A DNA stretch of 64,000 nucleotides, from positions 13,206,001 to 13,270,000 of the forward strand of contig CM075991.1 of the NCBI GenBank assembly GCA_038087875.1, given 5' to 3'. Shown piece by piece: positions 34,645 to 48,299 of the stretch. The notes beneath the pieces are model-generated. The model was not told the origin of the DNA, made no database searches, and saw nothing but the letters and a program-made list of their open reading frames with translations. The DNA comes from Malacoraja senta. Its lineage: Eukaryota. Each line of letters starts with the position of its first letter. The first letter of the stretch is position 1. The translations under genes and the position numbers were made by a program.

Positions 34645-37600
34645 CCTTTCCACTCTCCTGTTTGACCTGAAACAAGTTCACTATGCTTCCCTTACTAATG
34701 GATGAATCAACAATTCAATATGAATGTAAGAGAATTTGTTTAATGTAGGTGGCTTGCAAGGCTTCACTATGTGGTGTATCCGTTGGTCTACATGGACAAT
34801 GTTCTATGGAGAGCCTTGCCAACATGTCTTCCTTCCACTACTAGTTTTTTTAATGTACTATCAAGTGATTTATTGCGGGAGTAGGTGTAAAAATCCCCTG
34901 GATTCTCCAAAAAGAAAAACCTAATCCCTTCCAATGGCTATTATTCTATCAAGTTTACAAACAAATTAGTCATGTGGCAATTTGTGTGAGGGCAATGAAG
35001 AAGCCAGCACCTAAAAGCAAAATAACAGCTCCTGTGCCCAGTTTTTTTTTAAAAGAAAAACTTCCAAAAACATAAGTACTGACCCCTGAAGACACAAGGA
35101 ACTGCAGATGATGTAATCTTGAGTGAAACAATGTGCTGGAGTAACTCAGCAGGTCGGCAGCATCTCTGGAGGACATGGACAGACAACATTCAGAGTTGAA
35201 ATGTTGCCCAGCCATGTCTTCTAGTGATGCTGCCTGTTGCGCTGACTTATTCCACTACTTTCTTTTAAAACAGTACTGACCTGGTTCTTTCTATCGTGCA
35301 AATTAAAATAATGGATGACTGACACCATCTCCCCAACCCATTTAAATCTAATACTTTGTAAGTTTGAAGAGAAGCTGTGATGTTGGTCCAGATTGTGCAA
35401 CGGTTTCCTCTGGTCTACACAGAACCATTGTAGTAATATGCCTCTGCAACTCATGACATCCTGTCTGCCATGTTTTAATGACTTAAGTGTGTACATGATG
35501 GATGAAAGCAGATTTCAGTTTGGTGTGATTTTTGCATAAAGTGATGACCTTCATTGTTGAGAGCCTATGGCTACCTGGGTAAGTTCCTGAAAGGCTGTTC
35601 CCATTTGGAGGCAATAACTATCAAGAGACGGCATGTTCCAGATGGCTTGAAACTGCTTTGACCACTATCAACAATTTCCCCACTGACTAGCACCTCTTAT
35701 TTATAGATAGATCCTCCTGAATCTTCTGATTATTGGCAATGAGTTCACATTGTTTGCTAATGGCATCTATCTCCCCTCCCTGTCACCGCCTTTCGTGTTA
35801 CTTGTCTGACATCCAGTGCTGGTGAGCTTTGTCCTTGAATCAAGCTTCAAGCACTCCTCAACCTAACTGACCTTTTCACATTTTAATTCCATATATATCC
35901 ACCAAACCTGACTGGATTGTATAAAATATACTTTGATTCAATACCTTTATCACTTCTTTCCAGTGTTGTTGATTATAGTGCTGCTTTCAATTCACTTAAA
36001 CCTACAAAATGTTCTCGCTTTTGTAGATTTTCATTCTACATTCTCTTTCAAAGTGGTCGACCCTATTTTTTCAATTCTATATCGGGGATGGAATTCTGAC
36101 TGACATATGACTTTAGTCTACTTCCTCCCACTTACACACACTAAGAAAACAATCTTTCCACCTCTCTTCCATTTGTTCTGACACGGCCATCCTTGGTCGC
36201 AGTGGCACAATGTGATCAGTGAAAGGAGCTGGCTGTGGGGAAAAATTGTTAGCTACCACATCTCCAAACTGGTATCAGGATAGGGTTGCCCTTGTCCACA
36301 TCTTCCACTTCAGATCCTTCCCCATTCAATGGATCATCTGGTTTGGAGGGGTGGTAGCAAATACTTCTATCGTATTCTGCATGCTGCCGCCACCAGACAC
36401 TTCACTTTTCAGAATGCTAAAGGAATTTCCCTCTCGAGAAGTAAGACTGAACTAATGTTAACCTTTCACCTACCGATGACAACTTCTTATGCATCTTAGG
36501 TCGGATACATGTGGAAATGGGCCCACTGAGTCTCCCCACATTCTTATCAATTTCCCCCAATCCCAGATTTTTTGAGATGTGAGAGTAATTTAGAGTTGGA
36601 GCACCCAGTGGAAAACCATGTGGTCACAGAAGGAACATGCAGACAGCATCTGAGGTTGGTATTGAACCTGGATTACTGGAGCAGTGAGGCAGCAGGACCT
36701 TTAACTGTGCCACTCATCTGGTCTTATGCAACTGCAACACCTGCCATTTTACTACCTTCCTTCGCCACGTACACACAAATGTCCAGGATTGTAATGCCTC
36801 AGATGAAGAAGCAAATTAAAATTCTAATAAAGCAAGTCTAACTTGCTGCTCATGCTGAGGTACCTAAATTGAGGAAACCAAATAGTAGTCTATCTCCTGC
36901 ACTACATCTGTGTATCTTAACACATGCTTCAAGAACATCCTATCTCCTGACTGGATACATCGTAGCCTTCTGGACTCATTACAGCATTAAAAAATAAATG
37001 TAATTATAGCTTTGTTGTCATTGCTGATCATTGTCCAGCTCCACTCAGCCTTCTTGCAGACTGCACTATTCAACTTTGTACTATCTCAAAATGTGATGTT
37101 CTTCCCATTTCCCTGTTTTGTCTCCTCCTGTTCCTAGATTTGATTGAAAGTTATCAACCTGAAAGGTACCTCCAGACCCGCTGAACATCTATTCCCCCTC
37201 TCAGCATTGGTTTTGAACCAGGACAGGTTGAGATGAGCTTTTTTACACCATTCAATTCTAGCTCCAGAAATCTCTTATGTTGCTCATCTGCTGAAACCCA
37301 GATCCATGCTTTAGCTATTCATTCCTGGGATTTGTGCATCATTAGCAGGGATAGATTTGATTCCCCTCTAATTAACCTTGAGATGGCAATGAGCTGCTGC
37401 TTTGAACTGCTGTAGTACTTTTGGTGAAAGTACTTATAGAATACTGTTGGCAAACATTCCTCGGACTTAGACCAGCGTGGGCAAGGAATTGGCACATTTC
37501 CAAGGTAGGATGGTGTATGACTTGGAAAATCTACAGGCGGTGGTGTTCCAGCTGTCCTTTCCTTTGGTGGCGGCAGAAGGTATGTGTCATTGCAGTGATA

Positions 37601-37735
37601 TACACAGTAGCCATATGTGGAAGAGAGGAATGCTAAAGAACAGGTGCCAGTCAAGGGAGATGCTTTGTCCTGGGTAATGCTACCTGCTTTGGCTTGTTCC
37701 TGGAACTGCACTCATCCTGACAAGTCAGGTTTAAG

Positions 37736-38290
37736 AGGCTGTCCCACTGCGGCGACCTAATCTGCAAGTTCAGACAAGTTTGCCCTCGACTCATACTCGC
37801 AGCATGGTGGACACGAGGTCCTCCATGCTCTGTAACGCTCGAGAGTAGTCCCTGCGTACTCGATGCCTCAGCTAGGTCGCGGCTTGTTTTTCAACATGGA
37901 AAAAAACGATACTTTTTTTACTCGTAGGTTTAGTCAAAGTAGGTCGTAGTGGGTCGGCATGTTATTCGTAGGTAATCGAGGGTAGTCGAAGGTAATCGTA
38001 GATAGTCTTCAACATAGTCGAAGGGAGGTCGAAGGAGATCAAAATAATTTCAAACAGCGCTCCTCCGCTTTCCCTGGCCCCCGCCTTTGCGATGTGTTTG
38101 TTTGTGTGTGTGGTCGGTCGATCCAGCTCGCGGTTTCAACACTGACGGTCGATCCAGCTTGAAGCTTTCCAGGCGAGTACCCTCGAGCTTGAAGGTCGAA
38201 GAACTCTTCTAAACTCGCTGATTAGGTCGCCCAAGTGGGACAGCACCTAAACTCTTCTAAACTCGCCAATTAGGTCGCCGCAGTGGGACA
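37736..38290. mobile_element. Non-autonomous DNA transposon (possibly Harbinger-like) with a duplicated right end
   Basis: Left end gctgtcccactgcggcgacctaat. Right end attaggtcgcc..agtgggaca occurs twice (~38221-38244 and ~38269-38290). Superfamily assignment is tentative. Confidence 0.65.
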
Positions 38291-38297
38291 TAATCTT

Positions 38298-39787
38298 TTG
38301 GACAAAGACCCATCATTTATTTATTTGCCTCTGTACTCCACAATTTGAGATTTGTAATAGAAAAAGTCACGTTAAAGTGCACATTGTCAGATTTTATTAA
38401 AGGGCATTTTTATACATTTTTGTTTCACCATGTAGAAATTACAGCTGTGTTTATACATAGTCCCCCCATTTCAGGGCACCATAATGTTTGGGACACATAG
38501 CTTCACGGGCGTTTGTAATTGCTCAGGTGTGTTTAATTGCCTCCTTAATGCAGGTATAAGAGAGCTCTCAACACCTAGTCTTTCCTCAAGTCTTTCCATC
38601 ACCTTTGGAACCTTTTGTTGCTGTTTATCAACACGAGGATCAAAGTTGTGCTAATGAAAGTCAAAGAAGCCATTATGAGACTGAGAAACAAGAGGAAAAC
38701 TGTTAGAGACATCAGCCAAACCTTAGGCTTACCAAAATCAACTGTTTGGAACATTAAGAAGAAAGAAAGCACTGGTGAGCTTACTAATCGCAAAGTAACT
38801 GGCAAGCCAAGGATGACCTCCACAGCTGATGACAGAAGAATTTTCTCTATAATAAAGAAAAATCCCCAAACACCTGTCTGTCAGATCAGAAGCAGTCTTC
38901 AGGAGTCAGGAGTGGATTTGTCAATGACCACTGTCCGCAGAATACTTCATTAACAGAAATACAGAGGCTACGCTGCAAGATGCAAACCACTGGTTAGCTG
39001 CAAAAATAGGAATGGCCAGGTTACAGTTTGCCAAGATGTACTTAAAAGAGCAACCACAGTTCTGGAAAAAGGCCTTGTGGACAGATGAGACGAAGATTAA
39101 CTTATCATAGAGATGGCAAGAGCAAAGTATGGAGGAGAGAAGGAACTGCCCAAGATCCAAAGTATACCACCTCATCTGTGAAACACAGTGGTGGGGGTGT
39201 TATGGCCTGGGCATGTATGGCTGCTGAAGGTACTGGCTCACTTATCTTCATTGATGGTAGTAGCATAATGAATTCTGAAGTGTATAGACACATCCTATCT
39301 GCTCAAGTTCAAACAAATGCCTCAAAACTCATTGGCCGGCGGTTCATTCTACAGCAAGACAATGATCCCAAACATACTGCTAAAGCAACAAATTAGTTTT
39401 TCAAAGCCAAAAAATTGTCAATTCTTGAGTAGCCAAGTCAATCGCCCTATCTGAACCCAAAAGAGCATGCCTTTTATATGCTGAAGAGAAAACTGAAGGG
39501 GACTAGCCCCTAAAACAAGCATAAGCTAAGGATGGCTATAATACAGGCCTGGCTGAACATCACCAGAGAAGACACCAGCAACTTGTGATATCAATGAATT
39601 GCAGACTTCAAGCAGTCATTGCATGCAAAGGATATGCAACAAAATACTAAACATGACTATTTTCATTTACATGACATTGCTGTGTCTCATACATTATGGC
39701 GCCCTGAAATGGGGGGACTATGTATAAACACTGCTGTAATTTCTACATAGTGAAACCAAAATGTATAAAAATGGCCTTTAATAAAAT
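38298..39787 (+). mobile_element. Near full-length defective Tc1 transposon (IR/DR-type long TIRs)
   Basis: ~200-bp TIRs with the internal repeat cataatgtttgggaca. Transposase ~38633-39650 (HTH, WTDETK, QQDNDPKH, ATKY*) with stops and frameshifts. Both outer ends are clipped. Confidence 0.9.
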
Positions 39788-42700
39788 GATGCGAGTTTAC
39801 CCAAGAGCTCTCCCGAGTTTAAAACAAAATCAAGCTCGTGATATTCTACTAACTCCTACAACCTTCCACGAGTATGTTCACGAGCTCCTACAAGTAAAAA
39901 GCAGCAATTTTTTTCATGACGAGTATTTTTCACTCTTGTTGAAAAAACTTCATAAGTAAAAAAATACTCGTGCTCTTGGGTAAACTCGCATCGTGATGTC
40001 CTCCAGTTAGTCTCCCTGTCCCTTTGTTTTAAGTAGAATTGACTACGTCCTCACTTCTAATCTCACAGAAAGATCACACTATTAAAGCACCTGAACATTG
40101 TTTGGCTTAGGACACGGCCCTACGAATATCCTAAACAATGACTTGGAGTTAAAATGAGTGACTTCCAACAATAGATGCTTCCTGCTCTCCATTGCTCTAG
40201 CCAGTGGACTATTTCCACCGAGCCAATAACAACTAGAGAAACGGTAGATTAAGTAGCACATGTAGAGGCAAAGGGATGGTTGGGACCCTGCATTAAGGGA
40301 CAAAGGATGGTAGAGACCTTGCATTAAGGCGTGATGGAATAATGAAATAATCATAAATAATGCACGGCTTATCAGCAACCATTCCTCCTGCACCTGCTCC
40401 AGACCCAATATCTGTAGTCTGGTGTTTCCATTGATTTTAGTTTTACCTCTCACACATTGTTACCTGTTTCCTCGCTGTTGAGGCATGTTGGTAGGCTAAT
40501 TGGTAACTATCAATTATCCCTTGCTGTAGGTAAGGGAGAACTGAATCAAAGGAAAATTGATTGGTAAGTGTAAGAGAATAATTTGCAGAGAACAGGAATG
40601 CAACAAAATATGGAATGGTGCTGATGGGAGTACTTGGTTGGGAGCCAGCATGGATCTGATGGGCCAAATTGCCTCCTTTTGTGTTTGCAATAAATAAGGG
40701 AGAAGGGTAATGGTAAAAGACTGAAAACATTAGTTGTCAGAATGGGCAGACAGATGACGGTTGAAATTTAATACAGGGTAATGCAAATTATTACATTTTG
40801 GCTGAAAATAGAGGGAGAGACAGAGTCTCAGAGAGCTTCAGAATAAAGGATAGGCTGTTTGGCACTGAGGAGAAATATAAGAGCTGGTGAATCTTTGGAA
40901 TACTCTATCCCAGGTGACTGGAAGCTCCGTCATTATGTTCATTCAAAACAGATATTGAAAAATTTCTGGATGTTGGGATAATGCTGGAATGTGGTCATGG
41001 ATATGGAAAGTCAACCTTATTCTTAACATCAGAGCAGGTGTAAAGATCTGGATAGCCTACTGTCGCTTATGTTCATATAGCACGGGTGGTTAGGTGTTAT
41101 AAGGGGATTTGATCTAATTCTCGACAATCTGATTTCTAGAAAGCTCTGAGGGTGTTAATGATTTACTAATATAGGACCAGGGACAAGGTTTCACCGGAGT
41201 GATTCTTCTTGATGGCGGATCCAGTAGAAGTGGATAGCATCATGAATAGTTTGAATTAAGGCAAGCTGTTCCTGGTGGCAGATGGAGAAGAATGTAGGAA
41301 CATGAATTTTTGACGAGAAAATAGCATCTGGAGAGAGGTTTCTATCATGAAGACTAGTTCTAATCTGGAACCTGCTGCCCTAACAATGGGGAATACAATC
41401 GGGGCTTTCAGAGGGGAATTTCTTGAGTGATTAAGAGCGCTAATTTTACATAGACAATTCAGAAAGTGCCCCTGAATAAGATTGAATACATTGCTCTATA
41501 AAGAGCCAGCATTGGCTTGATGGGCTGAATAGCCACCTATACCAAGATTCCACAGTGATCTGTTCTGAGAGAGAAGATGCTAATTCACAAGCACCAACAT
41601 TTGGGGAATTGAGGCAAAGCCATTATTGGCGTATTAAAGGTACACAAAAATGCTGGAGAAACTCAGCGGGTGCAGCAGCATCTATGGAGCGAAGGAAATA
41701 GGTAACGTTTCGGGCCGAAACCCTTCTTCAGACTGATAGGGGGTGGGGAGAAGAAAGGAAAAAAGGAAAAGGAGGAGGAGGAGCCCGAGGGCTGGGGGAG
41801 GGGAGGAGACAACCAGATGGCTGATGAAGGGGAGGGGACAGCCAGGGCTAGCAGAATTGGGAGAATTCAACGTTCAGGCCACCAGGATGTAGACTGCCCA
41901 AGCGGAATATGAGGTGCATTTCCTCCAATTTACGGTGTTGCTCGCTGTGGCCATGGAGGAGACCCAGGACAGAGAGGTCAGATACGGAATGGGAGGGGGA
42001 GTTGAAGTGCTGAGCCACCAGGAGTTCAGGTTGGTTATTGCGGACCGACCGGAGGTGTTCGGCGAAACGATCGCCAAGCCTCCGCTTGGTCTCACCGATG
42101 TAGATCAGCTGGCATCTAGAGCAGCGAATGCAATAGATGAGGTTGGAGGAGATGCAGGTGAACCTCTGTCGCACCTGGAACGACTGCTTGGGTCCTGGAA
42201 TGGAGTGGAGGGGGGAAGTGAAGGGACAAGTGTTGCATCTCTTGCGGTTGCAAGGGAAAGTACCAGGGGAGGGGGTGGTATGGGAGGGAAGGGAAGAATT
42301 GACAAGGGAGTTACGGAGGGAGCGGTCTTTGCGGAAGGCAGACATAGGGGGAGATGGGAAGATGTGGCGAGTGGTGGGGTCACGTTGGAGGTGGCGAAAC
42401 TGACGGAGGATCACTTGTTGTATGTGACGGCTGGTGGGGTGAAAGGTGAGGACTAGGGGGACTCTGCCTTTGTTGTGAGTGGGGGGATGGGGAGAGAGAG
42501 CAGTGTTGCGGGGTATGGCAGAGACCCTGGTGCGAGCCTCATCTATGGTGGAGGAGGGGAACCCCCGTTCCCTGAAGAATGAGGACATTTCAGATGCCCT
42601 GGTGTGGAACGTATTAAATCCTGCTTCATTCTAATGCATTTAAAAAAATATTTCCCTGATAACAAGGTGGTCAGAACGTTGGGTGACTCTGGGTCAGAGT

Positions 42701-42945
42701 TTGTCACTGAGGTAGTGTGGGTGAGTCGGACAACTCCAATGATGGGGAACGTATACGACACTGCATTGCTGCGCATCCTAACACCAGGTACATTATAGCC
42801 ATTAAGAGTTAATGGAAGATTTCTGATTGCATTATGCACAGAGACGGACTTTAAGAAAGAAAATGCTGGGAGCATAAATCCTGCACCAAAGTGTGAGCTT
42901 TAGACACAGCTCTGCATTTGGGTCATTTCAATTCTTAACAGGAGG
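38966..42945 (+). repeat. Near-identical copy of window bases 1-3981
   Basis: Offset 38965 (38964 after a 1-bp indel). About four differences were seen by eye. Confidence 0.97.
41639..42609 (-). mobile_element. Penelope-like element (copy of 2675-3645)
   Basis: ORF 41848-42588 with the GIY-YIG domain. Confidence 0.9.
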
Positions 42946-43851
42946 TCCACACTTCAAGTTGGCATTTTTGAGAAAACGACGTCTCACAGTAAGTCACTGC
43001 TGCACTCGTTCGCATCTCCAGCTCTTGTTCATGTTGATTTGATGAATGTTAAGCTCAGCCATTCATGAGCAGCTGAGAGAGTGGTGCTGCATTTTCTATA
43101 TTTAGCCCAGTTGCTATGACAGAAACGTGCAGCAGCCTGGTCTGCCTCCAGCAATGGCAGGGCTCGGCTACATTCTTCTGCTCAGAAGGAAAGACTGGCT
43201 AACATCTTAAATAAAACATTTGTTTTTAGAATCTACACAGTCAATACATTAGGACCAATAATGTTTTTAAGGAAACTCCCTTCTTTGCACAACATCCTTT
43301 CTTGGGCCAGTTCCACTGGCTGTAGGTGAGATTCCATGCAGTTTCCCATGGTTACCAGCTAGTTCCACGAGAGCCGTTTCTAGTTCTTAATATAGTTCTG
43401 CAGATAAAGAATGCCTATGATCACACAGTACAAGTTAACAGTCCTCACGAATGCTAGAGAAGTAGGCGATATTCCTAAAATAAAATGGAGGAAATTAATT
43501 CCTTAACACTGAAATGTTGTATATTGATTCCTTAATCAAGTTAGTGGTATTGAAATGTTTTAAATATATTTTGTCCTAAACCAGCAGTGTTTGTGAGCAT
43601 TTAGTGCAGGATGTTGGTTTGTTGGAAAGGCAACGGGTTGTAGAGGGGTGAAGAGGTGCTTATGATTTAACATTTTATTATCTATAATGGAGTTCCAGCT
43701 CAAAAACATTTGTCCTTTTTAAAAAGATCGTTTTATGGTCAGTTTTCTTCAGTCAGACTGTTCTCGTACATTGAACATATTTCAGTTTACCCAGAACAGT
43801 GAGGGGCGTCAATGTACGCAGCTAGTCACCTCACCCAGCTCTCTCTACATC

Positions 43852-43943
43852 TGAAGAAGGGTTTCGGCCCGAAACATTGCCTATTTCCTTCGCTCCATAG
43901 ATGCTGCTGCACCCGCTGAGTTTCTCCAGCATTTTTGTGTACC
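43852..43943 (+). mobile_element. Penelope-derived mini-element with hammerhead-like motif
   Basis: ctgaagaagggtttcggcccgaaac...tgtgtacc, flanked by TSD tctctctacatc (43840-43851 and 43944-43955). Confidence 0.8.
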
Positions 43944-44041
43944 TTCTCTCTACATCAATGTCCATCAGGCTTCAGTTAACAGAACTCATTGGCTTCGGGT
44001 TTTGGATAAGTAAATCTTCACTCGCAGTACTCCAAATGCTT

Positions 44042-46793
44042 ATAGAAACATAGAAACATAGAAATTAGGTGCAGGAGTAGGCCATTCGGCCCTTCGAGCC
44101 TGCACCGCCATTCAATATGATCATGGCTGATCATCCAACTCAGTATCCCGTACCTGCCTTCTCTCCATACCCTCTGATCCCTTTAGCCACAAGGGCCACA
44201 TCTAGCTCCCTCTTAAATATAGCCAATGAACTGGCCTCGACTACCCTCTGTGGCAGAGAGTTCCAGAGATTCACCACTCTCTGTGTGAAAAAAGTTCTTC
44301 TCATCTCGGTTTTAAAGGATTTCCCCCTTATCCTTAAGCTGTGACCCCTTGTCCTGGACTTCCCCAACATCGGGAGCAATCTTCCTGCATCTAGCCTGTC
44401 CAACCCCTTAAGAATTTTGTAAGTTTCTATAAGATCCCCTCTCAATCTCCTAAATTCTAGAGAGTATAAACCAAGTCTATCCAGTCTTTCTTCATAAGAC
44501 AGTCCTGACATCCCAGGAATCAGTCTGGTGAACCTTCTCTGCACTCCCTCTATGGCAATAATGTCCTTCCTCAGATTTGGAGACCAAAACTGTACGCAAT
44601 ACTCCAGGTGTGGTCTCACCAAGACCCTGTACAACTGCAGGAGAACCTCGTTGCTCCTATACTCAAATCCTTTTGCTATGAAAGCTAACATACCATTCGC
44701 TTTCTTCACTGCCTGCTGCACCTGCATGCCTACTTTCAATGACTGGTGTACCATGACACCCAGGTCTCGCTGCATCTCCCCTTTTCCTAGTCGGCCACCA
44801 TTTAGAAAATAGTCTGCTTTCCTGTTTTTGCCACCAAAATGGATAACCTCACATTTATCCACATTATACTGCATCTGCCATGCATTTGCCCACTCACTCA
44901 GCCTATCCAAGTCACCTTGCAGTCTCCTAGCATCCTCCTCACAGCTAACACTGCCCCCCAGCTTAGTGTCATCCGCAAACTTGGAGATATTGCCTTCAAT
45001 TCCCTCATCCAGGTCATTAATATATATTGTAAATAGCTGGGGTCCCAGCACTGAGCCTTGCGGTACCCCACTAGTCACTGCCTGCCATTGTGAAAAGGAC
45101 CCGTTTACTCCTACTCTTTGCTTCCTGTTTGCCAGCCAGTTCTCTATCCACATCAATACTGAACCCCCAATGCCATGTGCTTTAAGTTTGTATACTAATC
45201 TCTTATGTGGGACCTTGTCGAAAGCCTTCTGGAAGTCCAGATACACCACATCCACTGGTTCTCCCCTATCCACGCTACTAGTTACATCCTCGAAAAATTC
45301 TATAAGATTCGTCAGACATGATTTACCTTTCGTAAATCCATGCTGACTTTGTCCAATGATTTCACCACTTTCCAAATGTGCTGCTATCCCATCTTTAATA
45401 ACTGACTCTAGCAGTTTCCCCACTACCGATGTTAGACTAACTGGTCTGTAATTCCCCGTTTTCTCTCTCCCTCCCTTCTTAAAAAGTGGGGTTACGTTTG
45501 CTACCCGCCAATCCTCAGGAACTACTCCAGAATCTAAAGAATTTTGAAAGATTATTACTAATGCATCCACTATTTCTGGAGCTACTTCCTTAAGTACTCT
45601 GGGATGCAGCCTATCTGGCCCTGGGGATTTATCGGCCTTTAATCCATTCAATTTACCCAAAACCACTTCCCGACTAACCTGGATTTCACTCAATTCCTCC
45701 AACTCCTTTGACCCGCAGTCCCCTGCTATTTCCGGCAGATTATTTATGTCTTCCTTAGTGAAGACGGAACCAAAGTAGTTATTCAATTGGTCCGCCATAT
45801 CCTTGTTCCCCATGATCAACTCACCTGTTTCTGACTGCAAGGGACCTACATTTGTTTTAACTAATCTCTTTCTTTTTACATATTTATAAAAACTTTTGCA
45901 GTCAGTTTTTATGTTCCCTGCCAGTTTTCTTTCATAATCTATTTTTCCTTTCCTAATTAAGCCCTTTGTCCTCCTCTGCTGGTCTCTGAATTTCTCCCAG
46001 TCCTCTGGTATGCTGTTTTTTCTGGCTAATTTGTACGCATCATCTTTCGCTTTGATACCATCCCTGATTTCCCTTGTTATCCACGGATGCACTACCTTCC
46101 CTGATTTATTCTTTTGCCAAACTGGGATGAACAATTTTTGTAGTTCATCCATGCAGTCTTTAAATGTCTTCCATTGCATGTCCACCGTCAACCCTTTTAG
46201 AATTAATTGCCAGTCAATCATGGCCAATTCATGTCTCATACCCTCAAAGTTACCTTTCTTTAAGTTCAGAACCATTGTTTCTGAATTAACAATGTCACTC
46301 TCCATCCTAATGAAGAACTCAACCATATTATGGTCACTCTTGCCCAAGGGGGCACGTACAACAAGACTGCTAACTAACCCTTCCTCATTACTCAATACCC
46401 AGTCTAAAATAGCCTGCTCTCTCGTTGGTTCCTCTACATGTTGATTTAGATAACTATCCCGCATACATTCCAAGAAATCCTCTTCCTCAGCACCCCTGCC
46501 AATTTGATTCACCCAATCTATATGTAGATTGAAGTCACCCATTATAACTGTTTTGCCTTTGTCGCACGCATTTCTAATTTCCTGTTTGATGCCATCCTCA
46601 ACTTCACTACTACTGCTAGGTGGCCTGTACACAACACCCACCAGCGTTTTCTGCCCCTTAGTGTTTCGCAGCTCTACCCATACCGATTCCACATCCTCCA
46701 AGCTAATGTCCTTCCTTTCCACTGCGTTAATCTCCTCTCTAACCAGCAACGCTACCCCACCTCCTTTTCCTTTCTCTCTATCCCTCCTGAATA
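44042..46793 (-). mobile_element. Young CR1-clade LINE, truncated within the endonuclease
   Basis: Uninterrupted 869-aa ORF 44140-46749 (GDFN, SDH, YLDFQKAFDKVPH, PQGSVLGP, KFADD). (TTTCTATG)n tail. Confidence 0.95.
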
Positions 46794-46968
46794 TGGTGCA
46801 GTCACTAATGTGGTGCAGTCACTAATCCTCATTAGTTCCCTGAAAGCTCCATTATATATCAAATGCATTTCAAATATATCAATCCATTCATTTTAAAGGT
46901 AGTTTGACAACAAATACCTCCCCTTTCTGACCCCCTTAACATACGACCCTGTGCCCCATCTGGATTCA

Positions 46969-47110
46969 TGTGGTGGGAGATTGCAACCTTCACGTGGTCC
47001 ACCCTGTTCGACGAATGCAATCAAGCCGGCGTGCACAATCAAATAAGATCAAATAGAACATGTTGTCCTACAACTTTAGGCTGTGCGCGCCATATGCAAG
47101 AAGAAGAAGA
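46969..47110 (+). mobile_element. Short non-autonomous element sharing the Vingi 3' end
   Basis: Ends ctacaactttaggctgtgcgcgccatatgcaa(gaa)n. Flanking repeat atctgga(t/c)tcat. Confidence 0.75.
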
Positions 47111-48172
47111 TCTGGACTCATACACGTTCCCATCCCCCCCCCCCCATTCTTCGTTCCCCTTCGTCCCCCGACTTCACAATTGGCACTCCTATCCTTATCA
47201 CATTTTGTCTCTTCGTCTCTGGCCTTTGTCCAAACGTTTCATATAAAAGACCCTCACGTATCCACCTATCATTTCCCCACCTCTCTTCCAGCTTTCTCTC
47301 TCACACCCCCTCACCACACCACAATCAATATGAAGAAGGGTCCCAACCTGAAATGTCACCTATCCATGTTCTCCAGCGATATTGCCTGACCCACTGAGTT
47401 ACTCCAGCACTTTGTCTTTTATCTTAAACAAATACAAATGAAGGCAAGCATCCACCGCACCTTTCCAGGTCTGACGTACCGTCAGCATTCCAAGTTGGCT
47501 GGAATTGATGCTCACAATTGTTGGCATTCGCCCCTTCAGAGAAAGAAAACTGGTTTGTCATGTAACTCCTTGCCCTGTTGCTCTCCTCCTATTCTAGATT
47601 ACATGTGGACAAAGGCTGAAGCATTTTTAGCCAGCACTAGACGCACCAGGCACAATGTTGCAGCGGTAGAGCTACGGTAGAGCACCTGACTACGGCTGCT
47701 GTCTATGTGGAGTTTGCACGTTCCCCTTGTGACTGTGTGGGTTTTCTCTGGGTGCTCCGGTTTCCTCCCACATTCCGAAGACATGCAGGTTTGTAGGTTA
47801 ATTGGCTTAGGTAAATTGTCACTAGTCTGTAGGATGGAACTAGCGTACTTGGTGGGCTGAAAGGCCTGTTTCCACGCGGTATGTCTAAATTAAACCATAT
47901 CAAATTGATTAAAGACTTCTATTGTGGAAATCCATAACATAGACGATGATGAAAATTAGAACTAATCAGTACGGAGTGAATCTGAGAAACGCGTTTGACA
48001 TATAGGGGAGCAGAAAAGTGGCATACTGCTCTCAAAGTGCTGTGGAAGCTGGATAACTGAGATTTTCAAGACCAACGTCAGTGTACAGTTGTGAGGGGAT
48101 GGTACCAAGAGTTAGAGGCAGTGAAGAACTTAGATCATTTTGAAACTTTATAAATCATTAACGTTCTCTGAG

Positions 48173-48299
48173 GTACACAAAAATGCTGGAGAAACTCAGC
48201 GGGTGCAGCAGCATCTATGGAGCGAAGGAAATAGGCACCCGCTGAGTTTCTCCAGCATTTTTGTGTACCTTCGATTTTGCAGCATCTGCAGTTCCTTCT
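48173..48299. mobile_element. Hairpin Penelope-derived mini-element
   Basis: ~36-bp perfect inverted arms. TSD ttaacgttctctgag at 48158-48172 and 48300-48314. Confidence 0.8.

Noticed and set aside
42604-42875. Overlapping 64-aa (+) and 110-aa (-) ORFs next to the Penelope element (also 3579-3911)
   Set aside because: No recognisable homology and no partner exons. The minus frame has no donor and simply runs into the element.
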